A DNA stretch of 64,000 bases from Sporopachydermia quercuum (Eukaryota). Both the position numbers and the translations under genes were made by a program. The stretch spans positions 376,138 to 440,137 of the forward strand of contig BCGN01000004.1 of NCBI GenBank assembly GCA_001599295.1, read 5' to 3'. Positions 1-10,858 of this stretch are shown here, piece after piece (the first letter of the stretch is position 1; the number at the start of each line of letters is the position of its first letter). The notes under the pieces were generated by a model, which had not been told where the DNA came from, searched no databases, and saw nothing but the letters and a program-made list of their open reading frames with translations.

Positions 1-1
1 A

Positions 2-229
2 GACTATGAATTGTTTTTACAAGAATTGGAAGAGGATGCTGACCTTAGACAAGCTGTTAACTTGTATAAAAGTAAGGAACCTGTTGCTGTTGCCGAAGAT
101 GAAATGGATGAAGATGATGACGAAGAAGGACCTGTAATTGCTATCGATGAACTGCTAGATGAGTTAGATGATATGACTTTAGACGAACAAGCTCCCCATC
201 CAGGTGATATTGTTGATGGTGAGAATTGA
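2..229 (+). CDS. NMD3: 60S ribosomal export adaptor Nmd3, C-terminal fragment (gene runs in from the left edge)
   Basis: Frame from nt 2 reads DYELFLQELEEDADLRQAVNLYK...IDELLDELDDMTL, the typical Nmd3 C-terminus with its leucine-rich NES. Confidence 0.9.
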   Translation, partial: DYELFLQELEEDADLRQAVNLYKSKEPVAVAEDEMDEDDDEEGPVIAIDELLDELDDMTLDEQAPHPGDIVDGEN

Positions 230-565
230 TTTTTCTCGTGTATTTCTAGTTTATAACAAGCATTGTTCGTTTATGATTGAATTTCATGTTCAGTGATACT
301 TTTCTTTTAGGTGTATATTCGGAGCAGACATTATGGGAACATATATAATTCAGTTAATATATTTAAACACAAATATAGCTGAGAACTTGTTAGTTTTTCA
401 GAAGATTTAAATAATGCAGTGACTTTGTGATAATAAGCACCATGGATTGGTCAATCTACAACATGAATTTCTTACATAGTTGGAGCATTATATTATTCTT
501 TTAAAGAACTTTCTCTGGAGTCTTCTCGCTCTCCGTTTCGGATCTTCAGGTAAAGCTCATCTCTT

Positions 566-622
566 TCCGATCGGATCAGAAAGTCATTTCTAAGTTGAGA
601 CCTGATGCCTGATCCGATCGGA
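566..622. promoter_or_regulatory. 14-bp inverted repeat, each arm containing the palindrome TCCGATCGGA; candidate Zn2Cys6 binding sites upstream of PDH1
   Basis: TCCGATCGGATCAG at 566-579 and its exact reverse complement CTGATCCGATCGGA at 609-622. Confidence 0.45.
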
Positions 623-1556
623 GAAAATAGTGGAGTATTAGTTTCGGTAAATGTACGGAAGGTCTTCAATGGGGTTGACACACAAGAATGGGAGGAATAT
701 ACAATGAACCACTCACTATTCACTGAAAGATCGAGGAAATTATTTATAAATTCAAAAAGAAGACTGAATGATTTCACTTGGGAAATTTCACATATCCATT
801 CATCAATTTTATTCTCTTACTTCTATCAGTTCGAATTCATTACCAGTCTTCAATCCTTGATTTGACATTACATAAACTCCCTAGATCAGTTGTACGGATA
901 CAAGACGTAACCATCATTTCCTCATCATGCATGGCCTGGCCACCAACCAGAGATAGATATACTACATACCACTGGCTCTAAGGGCTTTTTCTAAATACAC
1001 TTAATTAATGGAAACTTTTATACAAATCTGCCATTTCAAAACCGTAATGAATTCTTATTTGTTATCGTTTCCATCATACATCACTTCAAGTCTCATCTTC
1101 CAGAGAAAGCCGACCCCGATCTCTTTCGTACAGAATCCCCTCTAGAAACAAAGTTCACCCAAAAACTCGGGGAAGCTTCAACGTTACTATGCAAAAGGCT
1201 ATTAACTGTAGCTAAAGGCAAATGAATAGCAAAGAGTGGATGAAAAAAAGGGAATGAAATAATAAACTAGTAAGCTAGTAAATCAATTGTAAAAAGGAGA
1301 AAGTATAAATATGATTGAATTGCTGATATTTGGATATGTCAAGAGTGGCATTCTTCATGAAAATGCTTCATGAATCCATATCTCAAAACATTTAGCTATC
1401 ATAGCAAGAGAGATAAAACCCAAGACAAGTAGTATTTACCATTACGGATGCAAACTAAATAATCCTGCTAAAAAGGTTATAAACTGAAGTAAATCCTGCT
1501 TGGTGTTTGAAGAAAATAAACTTAAGTGATATTATCAAGGAAAAGGTAGACAAATC

Positions 1557-3125
1557 ATGCTCTCATCATTAAATTTTGCTCTTCGAACTAGATTCAAAGG
1601 AGAATTTATCAGAACATCCAGTAGAGCTGTTGTTGCTAATCAAAGAAAGAATTTCAGTAATTCAGGTATAATGACCTCAGCTGCTATTATGAATGATAAT
1701 GTTCGTCCTGAACCTGATCGGGTTCTTAAGGACATTGCTGATTATATTCATAATTATAAAATTGACTCCGATCTAGCATTTGAGACAGCTAGATTGTGTT
1801 TCCTGGACACTTTAGGATGTGGATTAGAAGGTATGAAGCATAAACAATGCTCAGATTTACTTGGACCCATTGTGCCAGGAACCGTTGTGCCTAATGGTGC
1901 CAAGGTTCCAGGAACTCCATATCAATTGGATCCTGTTTTAGCTGCATTCAATAATACTGCAACTTTCAGATGGTTGGATTTCAATGATTGTTGGTTAGCT
2001 GCTGAATGGGGTCATCCTTCCGATAATTTGGGTGGTATTCTTGCTGTGGCTGATTGGTTATCAAGAACATATCCTGATAAGAAATTCAAGGTCAGAGATG
2101 TTTTGGAAGGAATGATTAAAGCTCACGAGATTCAAGGTGTATTGGCTTTAGAAAATTCATTCAACAAAGTTGGTCTTGATCACGTTGTCTTGGTCAAGGT
2201 TGCTTCCACGGCAGTTGTATCAAAAATGTTAGGTCTTTCTCGTGACCAAACCATTGATGCTTTGTCTCATGCTTTCGTTGATGGTCAATCATTAAGAACC
2301 TATAGGCATGCACCAAACACCATGTCACGTAAGTCATGGGCTGCTGCCGATGCCACATCCAGAGCTGTGAACATGGCTTTAATCGTTAAAAAAGGTCAAG
2401 GTGGTATGCCATCAATCTTGACTGCCAAAACCTGGGGTTTCTATGATGTTTTATTCAAAGGGCAACCATTCAAGTTCCAACGTGGATATGGCTCCTACGT
2501 CATGGAAAACGTTTTGTTTAAAATTTCTTTCCCTGCAGAATTTCATGCTCAAACTGCTGCGGAAGCTGCTATGACTTTGCATAATACTCTCAAAGAAAAG
2601 AACATTAGCACTGATGATATCAAGCATATTAGAATTAGAACTCAAGATGCTGCTATGAGAATTATTGACAAAAAGGGCCCTTTATATAATTACGCTGATA
2701 GAGATCATTGCATTCAGTATATGGTAGCAGTTCCTTTGCTATATGGAAGATTAACCGCGGAAGATTACAGCGACGAAATAGCAGCTGATCCCAGAATTGA
2801 TGCGTTGAGAGCTAAGATGGAATGTGTTGAAGACCCCAGATTTACTGCAGAGTATCATGAACCTAGTAAGAGATACATCGGAAATGCTATTCAAATAACC
2901 TTGAAGGATGGAACTGTTCTTGATGAAGTCGAAGTTAACTATCCAATTGGACATCGCAAGAGAAGAGAAGAAGGTACACCTGTTTTACTCGCTAAATTTG
3001 AAAGACATCTCAAGGGTAAATTCGGTGAAGGTGAAAAGGTCGAAAAAATTCTTGCTGCCTCTGGAAAGGAGGTTTTGGATATGAACATTGATGAGTATGT
3101 TGATTTGTATACTACACCTGCTTAA
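1557..3125 (+). CDS. PDH1: Mitochondrial 2-methylcitrate dehydratase (MmgE/PrpD family)
   Basis: 522 aa; motifs RWLDFNDCWLAAEWGHPSDNLGG, RTYRHAPNTMSRKSWAA, LFKISFPAEFHAQTA, ADRDHCIQYM; basic N-terminal presequence. Confidence 0.95.
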   Translation: MLSSLNFALRTRFKGEFIRTSSRAVVANQRKNFSNSGIMTSAAIMNDNVRPEPDRVLKDIADYIHNYKIDSDLAFETARLCFLDTLGCGLEGMKHKQCSDLLGPIVPGTVVPNGAKVPGTPYQLDPVLAAFNNTATFRWLDFNDCWLAAEWGHPSDNLGGILAVADWLSRTYPDKKFKVRDVLEGMIKAHEIQGVLALENSFNKVGLDHVVLVKVASTAVVSKMLGLSRDQTIDALSHAFVDGQSLRTYRHAPNTMSRKSWAAADATSRAVNMALIVKKGQGGMPSILTAKTWGFYDVLFKGQPFKFQRGYGSYVMENVLFKISFPAEFHAQTAAEAAMTLHNTLKEKNISTDDIKHIRIRTQDAAMRIIDKKGPLYNYADRDHCIQYMVAVPLLYGRLTAEDYSDEIAADPRIDALRAKMECVEDPRFTAEYHEPSKRYIGNAIQITLKDGTVLDEVEVNYPIGHRKRREEGTPVLLAKFERHLKGKFGEGEKVEKILAASGKEVLDMNIDEYVDLYTTPA

Positions 3126-3918
3126 GCAAAAGAATGATACAATGAGAAACTGAAAAAGTACGTAATAAGAAATAAAAGTCTGCTAAAAGGCTAATAAAAG
3201 TATGTTTCATGATAGTTGTATAGTGCTTAACTTGTAGGATGAGATGTAGCTAATTAGTCTTAACTGGCTGTATTTCTACAGTATTTTCCACATGCATTTC
3301 CGCCAATCTCCAGCTAGACCTGAACCAAATAGAAGATCCACTTAACTAAATTAATAGTATTTTGTATGAATTTCTGTCAATACAGAAAAACTAATAATAA
3401 AAAACGATAACGAATAAGATACTCCTTTCGCTCCTAAAGGATTACCCCAGTTTTTCTGCTTTCCGCAAGGAGATGTGATGTCTTATGGCTCACTTTCCCC
3501 CTAATATTGTCCGATATCAAGGACATCCATACTATTATTATAAGACAAAGAGACCCATGTTATCGGACAATTTTGAGTGTATGAAAAAGTACAAAAGTAA
3601 ACAAAAGGGTCACACAGATATGATTGCTGTTAATGAGCTGTACAACGTTTATAACTACTTGTGTTCTTCTTTATGTTTGCTTGCTAGTTCTGATATTACC
3701 AGAAGAGGAGCGACTGGATTGTTTTTGAATATAAAAGAATTGGTTTACTAGACTAACAGCCGACAGCAATTTGAGGGAGAATAAATCATCAAATTCATTG
3801 TTGTCTCTTGTTGTTCCTTTAATTGGATTGCTTGGAAGATGAAGTACCAAGTGACAGATAGATATTTACCGTGACTAAGAGATTATGAAGTACTTGATAC
3901 TCAACTTATTTACGTATC

Positions 3919-6165
3919 ATGGCATTTGGAGAAACGAGTTGTTCAAATGATGAAGATGACAAGGACGCAGATATTGATTCACCATCTGGAAAAGGCTTGG
4001 GTTCAACCAAACAGTTCAGGAAAAATACAGAGTCAACTAGACTGAATCGTAACTTCCTGGAGTTTAGAGAGGACAGGATCGTCAGAAATTCTGATATATT
4101 CGATAGATCTCCCACAAGGAAAAGCTCACCAAGACCAAGCTTCAATGTAAAAACCTCCAATTCTAACAAAACATCAGCAAGCAAACAGTATCGTCAACCT
4201 TGCGGGAAAAGTGATGCATGCATACCGTCAACTCCGAAATCAAAGAACTTTTTCTCTGATGCCTTAAAAGATATAGATGTATACTCGCTAACACCATCAC
4301 AGAGAGTGAAAAACCATGACAGCCAGTCACCTACAAGGTCCAAAACAAGACCAGGCATATGGGGGAAACCTCCGCCTGCTTTCAGGAGCCTCTTGGCCAG
4401 AGAGCCAACGACACCTTCTAAATCCAAAATAAGCCACTGTGGCTCGGTTAAATTTTCTCCTGACTCAGACTGTTCACCGGATCAGGTGAAAGATATCAGT
4501 CATCTACAAATACATGGTGATCCAAGGTCTAAATCCGGAGCAGTTCGATTATCACCATCGAAAGAACAAGGAAACATTTTTAGCGATAATACCAACTCCA
4601 TTGACCAAATGTTTAAGAAAGGATCTGTAATGGAACAGTATTCAATAGAAGGAAAAATTGGGAAAGGGGCTTTTGCAAATGTGTTCAAAGCTATCAATAA
4701 GATAACAGGAGAAGTGCTGGCTTTGAAGCAAATGAAAATAGATAAACAGAAACCAAATGAAACCCAGTCATTAATGATGGAGATCGATCTCTTGAAAATA
4801 TTAAACCATAGGAATATAGTGAAGTACCATGGTTTTGTTAAAAACTCTGGAAGTTTGAATATATTTCTTGAGTATTGTGAACTAGGATCTCTTCGATCAC
4901 TGTATAAAAGGAATGGTCCTTTTTCAGAAGCTAAAGCTATATATCACATCAACGAGGTACTTCAAGGACTTATCTATCTTCATGATCAAGGCGTCATTCA
5001 TAGAGATATCAAAGCTGCAAATATATTGCTAACTGTTGATTCTAATGGGAAAATGTGCACCAAGCTTGCTGACTTTGGAGTTGCTGTCAAGAATAATACA
5101 ATTGTCGGTACGATTCGAAAAGCAAAGAGCCAGAATATAAGCTTTCAGAGTGTTAACGAAGATATTGCAGGCACACCGAACTGGATGGCACCAGAGATTA
5201 TTCTTTTAGAAGGTGCTACTAGTGCTTGTGATATTTGGAGTTTAGGATGCACAGTTATTGAGCTTCTTACTGGTAAGCCACCATATAATCATCTCAATAG
5301 CATGTGTACATTACATTCTATTGTTACAGATGATCATCCACCATTCAGTATCGATGAAAAGGATCCTGAAGGGATTAAAACTCTTAGTTCAGAAGCTCGA
5401 GATTTTCTCTTAGAATGTTTCGTGAAAAATCCTTTTTTTCGTATAACAGCCAATAAGCTCATAGATCATCAATGGCTTAAATCACATCATAAGTCGTCTA
5501 GCTCAGTCTCAAATCCAATCACAGCTTCATCAAATATTGTTGCTTCCAAACTACAACCAAGGAGGGTCTTAAGTAATGGGAAATCTTTGGCCAATAAACA
5601 AATGATTACACCTAGAAACATATCAAGTGGTAGAATAGAAGATAAGTCAGTCGAAATAAAGTCAACTTCTCAAACCAATATACCGATAACCAATTCCCAG
5701 GATGCATTTGAACAACTTAACAACAATGACGATAATGATGACGATTTTTCTGATTTGATTGGTGACTTGAGTATCCGAGTCTTTCAAGAAAGATTAGGAA
5801 AAACTCGTAAAAGTTCTTTATCCGAAGTAGAAAACCTCAGCATTGTTGGTGCTTCAAATAAATTAATCACTGACCCTACAATGAAGCATAGTCATGTACA
5901 CGACAACATCATTAGTGAAGATGTAAATGTTAAAAAGATAAGAAACAGAGCGAACTCTAATAATCCTGAGGAGCATCGCCATAGAAAACAAAGCCCCACT
6001 AGTACTAAGAATTATAGCAACTGCATTCCTAGAACGAAACTTCTGTCAGACTCATCCACCACACCTACTACATCCGTAGCACTACAACCTGAAAGCTTAT
6101 TATTGAAATTCAGAGAACAAGATGATGAATGGATGGACATAGACTTTATAGATATCAACCATTAA
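3919..6165 (+). CDS. CDC15: Ser/Thr protein kinase of the Cdc15/Cdc7/SepH family
   Basis: Kinase domain with IGKGAFANVFKA, EIDLLKILNHRNIVKYHGF, HRDIKAANILL, DFG, GTPNWMAPE, DIWSLGCTVIELLTGKPPY, DDHPP. Domain position is atypical, so orthology is less certain than the family call. Confidence 0.75.
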   Translation: MAFGETSCSNDEDDKDADIDSPSGKGLGSTKQFRKNTESTRLNRNFLEFREDRIVRNSDIFDRSPTRKSSPRPSFNVKTSNSNKTSASKQYRQPCGKSDACIPSTPKSKNFFSDALKDIDVYSLTPSQRVKNHDSQSPTRSKTRPGIWGKPPPAFRSLLAREPTTPSKSKISHCGSVKFSPDSDCSPDQVKDISHLQIHGDPRSKSGAVRLSPSKEQGNIFSDNTNSIDQMFKKGSVMEQYSIEGKIGKGAFANVFKAINKITGEVLALKQMKIDKQKPNETQSLMMEIDLLKILNHRNIVKYHGFVKNSGSLNIFLEYCELGSLRSLYKRNGPFSEAKAIYHINEVLQGLIYLHDQGVIHRDIKAANILLTVDSNGKMCTKLADFGVAVKNNTIVGTIRKAKSQNISFQSVNEDIAGTPNWMAPEIILLEGATSACDIWSLGCTVIELLTGKPPYNHLNSMCTLHSIVTDDHPPFSIDEKDPEGIKTLSSEARDFLLECFVKNPFFRITANKLIDHQWLKSHHKSSSSVSNPITASSNIVASKLQPRRVLSNGKSLANKQMITPRNISSGRIEDKSVEIKSTSQTNIPITNSQDAFEQLNNNDDNDDDFSDLIGDLSIRVFQERLGKTRKSSLSEVENLSIVGASNKLITDPTMKHSHVHDNIISEDVNVKKIRNRANSNNPEEHRHRKQSPTSTKNYSNCIPRTKLLSDSSTTPTTSVALQPESLLLKFREQDDEWMDIDFIDINH

Positions 6166-6333
6166 ATGTAATGATTACTATCATCTGAGTATAACTAATG
6201 GTTACATAACATGCACATTTAATATCTACATTTGACTGGTACGCACTTCTATTTTTAAAATTCACCCAAGATTCGTTTATTGATATTTGATAATAAGTTA
6301 GTGATAAAAAAATTGAATATGATACATCAAAGA

Positions 6334-7896
6334 TTACTCTTCTGGCTCAGGTTTATTCCAAGAAAGATAAGACTCATCTCCCAACTTCCTAGGATGGATA
6401 ACATGCGTGACAAGGAAAACGCCAGCGAGAAGAAAACATAAACCTCCAACGACAATCCAGGAGATACCTAAAAACAAGCTATGACCACCAATAACAGATC
6501 TCGTAGTAATAACGAATGATTTCTTACCATGAAATTCAAGGACAGGAAAATGTAATCCCACACTTATTTCATAAATCCCTGGCTCTAGATTTTCATCACC
6601 ATTACGTAAATGTAACTTCGAAAACTTTGGAAATGCTGATGTGGTCATCCAGTTTTGGAGTTCTTCCCATGTTTCAAGATCAGGTAAATTTTCCTCTGTA
6701 TAGCCATTAGGAAAAGCTTTTACCCAGTTTGGAGGAGGAACAACTTCTGAGGCATTGTATTTTGTTTTCTTAAATCTATTTTTATTTGCACTCCATGCGA
6801 TACCTTCATTGACCATAGAATAATTGCCAGAGGCTGATCCATTGACAGCAACAAAAGGTGCACTAAACGTATCATTGAACAAAGAATTGGCAATCAGTCC
6901 GCAAGGATAATATGGTCTACCATCTGGAGCTTTTGATAAAGGTGAGCAATTTATTGGTGTAGCTTCAATTGTACTTATGGAAGCAGCTTTACCATTAAGT
7001 TGATCTTCGGAGTAAGATTTCACGTAACGACGATGATTTTGATGAAAATTCTGTAATTGGTAATAGAATAACGTAGGAGCTCCCAATGTTTGCGGAACCT
7101 CGAATTGAACAACACATACTTGTCGCTCGTCTGCGTATGATATAGAATTGTTTGTTGTTAATCTCCATTGAGGATAATGATAGTTAGCAGGTAAATCGTT
7201 GCTGAAGCTGTATGAGAAATACTCTCTAGGAATCTCACTAAAAGTTGAAGTTGCTAGTGCTTCACATTGTGTGTATTCTATTTCAATCTGTTGAACCCGG
7301 TCACCACCATAAAGCATACCGCCTCCTAAAGGAATAAAAATTACAGCAATAGTGAGAAAAATAGGAATGATTGTTTTATATGTGATAATAGGACTAGAAT
7401 TTTGTTAGAGGTAATCTTAGAATGAGGAGAATACAAGTGCTTGCTGAAGAGTTTGTTGATAACTTTTAACTTACTGGTAAGCCTTTAATCGTTGCTGTCT
7501 GAAAGCATTCTCTGCAGAGAAACGTTAGTATAACATACTGTACATTTGATCAGCAGTGCGCTAATTTATATTGAAAAAAAAGGCCCGCAAGGTAGTAAAA
7601 TGAAAGGAATTAGCAATGATAATGCAAAAATAAGAAAAAGGTACTCCTGGTGCCTTGGAGGTCATGTAATTGATCCTCCTCACGGAACCTTTCAAATACC
7701 AGTATACTTGCATCACAGTTTCGTTCTCTTTTTATTACCATCTATCATAGTAGCGCTACATCAAATGCCTTTCAAAAGAAAATAAAGACAATGACTCACC
7801 TGCTGGTTTTCTGTTCTTTACTTTAACTGGCACCTCGGAACTCTCGGTATCTGAACCAGAGTCAGAATCTTCTTGATTTCGCCTCCTCAAGCCCAT
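6334..7896 (-). CDS. LEM3: Cdc50/Lem3-family flippase beta subunit; exons 7896-7800, 7511-7475, 7393-6334 (397 aa)
   Basis: Spliced N-terminus MGLRRRNQEDSDSG...KNRKPAENAFRQQRLKAYHPIIT; introns GTGAGT..TACTAAC..CAG and GTAAGT..CTCTAAC..TAG; Lem3-type motifs NHRRYVKSYSEDQ, YYPCGLIANSLFNDTF, GLHFPVLEF. Confidence 0.9.
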
Positions 7897-8849
7897 TCTG
7901 CAAATTCATATATATCTATGTATATTTTTATGAAGCAATATAAATTCTAGTAAAATTTTGGCAAGCAAGCTTTCTTTTCTGCAGCCTTTCATAACTCCAA
8001 TCAATACTACATCTTAGACCATAGGCAAAAAGATCGAAGAATTATGTTAGAATCGTGCGTGATAAACAAAGGGGATACGATTCTGAGTGATCTTGCGTAT
8101 TACCACCCTCCATACGTCTATACCCGAGAGTGGGAGGAAAATACTGATTATATAATCAATAATGGTGATGAATATAATGGGAGGAGAGTGTGTAGATTGT
8201 TTTGCTATGAGTGCGTGTGGTGAGTAAGGAGTGATGTAATTGATATGATAATAGATCATGATACATATGCGTGTTCTTCTATTCTATATAAAATAATTTT
8301 ACTAGGAAAAGTCACCGGTTAAATTAACAATTTTCTAAAATATCTCAACAATTACAACGCTAATCTCCTCTATTTCACGCTGGGTGGTTCCTTCTAATTT
8401 CGGAAATAATAAGAGTCATTGTCTCCGTAAAAACACATAGTACCTCTGAAAAATTCTTCACAGAAGTGAAATTTTACAAAAGAGAAAAAAAACAATGCAC
8501 CACATCACCATATACATAAAACAATTATTCACCTTCGTCCTTTGTAATTATTTAGTGAAAGCTTATACAGTAGAGGATNATACAAAAAGCCGGGATATCA
8601 ACATATATTCGCTTCTCATTGATTTATACCAAGGGTTAGACCAAGTTGAAAGATTTGTTGAACCGTCGCGACTTCATCCGTGTACATACATATTAGCATC
8701 TCAAACATCACTCTTCGATTCGACTTGTCTTATAGTTTTGCCTGATCTACAGCAGCTATCAACAACAGGAGAATACTATTGACACTAATACTAGATAAAA
8801 AGTATCTCATTAACGTTTTAACCACATAAATACATACAATAGATATAAA

Positions 8850-10154
8850 ATGGCACCTTCACAACCAGAATCTGAAGCCGAAAAGAACATTGAAATCTGG
8901 AAGGTGAAAAAGCTCATCAAGAGCTTGGAAACCGCCAGAGGTAATGGTACCTCTATGATTTCTCTAATTATTCCTCCTAAGGGACAAATTTCCATTATCA
9001 ACAAGATGTTGACTGATGAATATGGCACAGCATCTAATATCAAATCACGAGTAAACAGATTATCTGTTTTATCAGCCATAACTTCTACTCAACAAAGACT
9101 AAAGCTTTATAATCGTGTTCCTCCTAATGGATTGGTTATCTACTGTGGTGATGTGATTACACCAGAAGGTAAAGAAAGAAAGCTCAATATTGATTTTGAA
9201 CCATTCAAACCCATCAATACATCTTTATATCTATGTGATAACAAGTTCCATACTGAAGCATTGTCCGAATTATTAGAATCAGATGCTAGGTTTGGTTTCA
9301 TTGTCATGGATGGTAATGGAGCATTATTTGGTACATTGTCAGGTAATACCAGAGAAGTCTTACATAAGTTCACTGTTGATTTGCCCAAAAAGCACGGTCG
9401 TGGTGGTCAGTCTGCGTTACGTTTCTCCCGTTTGAGAGATGAAAAACGTCATAATTACGTCCGTAAAGTAGCTGAAGTTGCCGTGCAAAATTTCATCACT
9501 GCTGATAAAGTGAATGTTGCTGGATTGATTCTAGCTGGTTCTGCTGATTTCAAGACCGAATTAAGTAGATCCGATATGTTTGATCCTCGTTTACAAGCTA
9601 AGATCATTAAAATCGTTGATGTCTCATATGGTGGTGAGAACGGTTTCAACCAAGCTATTGAATTATCAGCAGAAACATTAGCTGGTGTTAAATTTATTCA
9701 GGAAAAGAAGCTTATCACTCAATATTTCGATGAAATCTCTCAAGATACAGGTAAGTTCTGTTATGGTGTTGAGGATACCTTGAAAGCTCTTGAATTAGGT
9801 GCATGTGAAATTGTAATCGTTTTCGAGAACCTGGATATCGTAAGGTATACATTAAAAGATGCTGATGGAGAAGAAGTTATTGCTCATGCACCTAAATCTG
9901 CTGCAAATAAGGATCATTTGTTAGACAAGAAAACGGGACAAGAGATGGAGATTGTTTCTGAGCAACCATTGTTAGAATGGTTAGCGGACAAATATAAAGA
10001 TTTTGGAGCCAATTTAGAATTCGTTACTGATAGATCATCAGAAGGTGCTCAATTTGTTAAAGGTTTCGGTGGTATTGGAGCTTTACTACGGTATAAAGTT
10101 AACTTTGAACAATTGACTGAAGATAGTGATGATGAGTATTATGATGATGATTAA
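8850..10154 (+). CDS. SUP45: Eukaryotic peptide chain release factor eRF1
   Basis: 434 aa with GTS, TASNIKS, YLCDNKF and GGQ motifs intact. Confidence 0.98.
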   Translation: MAPSQPESEAEKNIEIWKVKKLIKSLETARGNGTSMISLIIPPKGQISIINKMLTDEYGTASNIKSRVNRLSVLSAITSTQQRLKLYNRVPPNGLVIYCGDVITPEGKERKLNIDFEPFKPINTSLYLCDNKFHTEALSELLESDARFGFIVMDGNGALFGTLSGNTREVLHKFTVDLPKKHGRGGQSALRFSRLRDEKRHNYVRKVAEVAVQNFITADKVNVAGLILAGSADFKTELSRSDMFDPRLQAKIIKIVDVSYGGENGFNQAIELSAETLAGVKFIQEKKLITQYFDEISQDTGKFCYGVEDTLKALELGACEIVIVFENLDIVRYTLKDADGEEVIAHAPKSAANKDHLLDKKTGQEMEIVSEQPLLEWLADKYKDFGANLEFVTDRSSEGAQFVKGFGGIGALLRYKVNFEQLTEDSDDEYYDDD

Positions 10155-10858
10155 ACTCAATGAATCGTCAGTTTTCTCTCTTTCTTGTTTTGTTTCTTCA
10201 TTCATTAATTCATAACGATGATGTTAATCCATGTCAGTGAGACTTGTGATGTAATGTTGTGTATTATTTTTTTTCGGTGGGTTATTCTCATGTTTTGTTT
10301 TCTTTCCTTTTGTTATTTTCACATTGCTATCTTGTTTCATAGTGGTTTCGTGCTACCATTCATATCCGTTGTCTGAGTATATCTCCAATAGTACAACCAA
10401 TTTTTATATTGCTATTAAGAAGATGTTACCTATTGTACCTCACATAATGTCATATAATTATTCTTACAGTAGTAGCCATTGCAATGTAATCAATTGTTCA
10501 ACTTTGTATAGGGAAAATGGTGATTAATTTAACATTAAACTATGATACATATACATATACAGATATTACAAGATTTTCTATTTGTTCTGAATTCAAATCA
10601 TTTTTTATTTTTGTCTTTGCTTTTCCTTCTTTTCCTTCTTTACCTTCTTTTATTTTCTTATTCCAGTTTCTTTTGCTCCGACTTTCACTCTTCTGTTCGT
10701 GTTTCTTCATAAATAACTGTTGATGGTAAAATAAAACCATACACGAGGCTGAATGACAAAAAGCTGTTGAATCCTTTTTTCCGCATCATCTTTGATATCC
10801 TAAAATATCAGCTTAATCCGTCAATTGCTCTTATTCGCCTAACACTTATATAATTTTT

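Noticed and set aside
1803..1805. Possible CUG codon reassignment
   Set aside because: CTG falls at conserved Leu positions (PrpD FLDTLG, eRF1 ENLD, Pab1 ILLE), consistent with the standard code.
10143..10163. 3' readthrough autoregulation of eRF1 as in plants and Neurospora
   Set aside because: The stop is TAA-A, a strong context, followed by TGA three codons later; no readthrough signal or 3'-UTR intron is evident.
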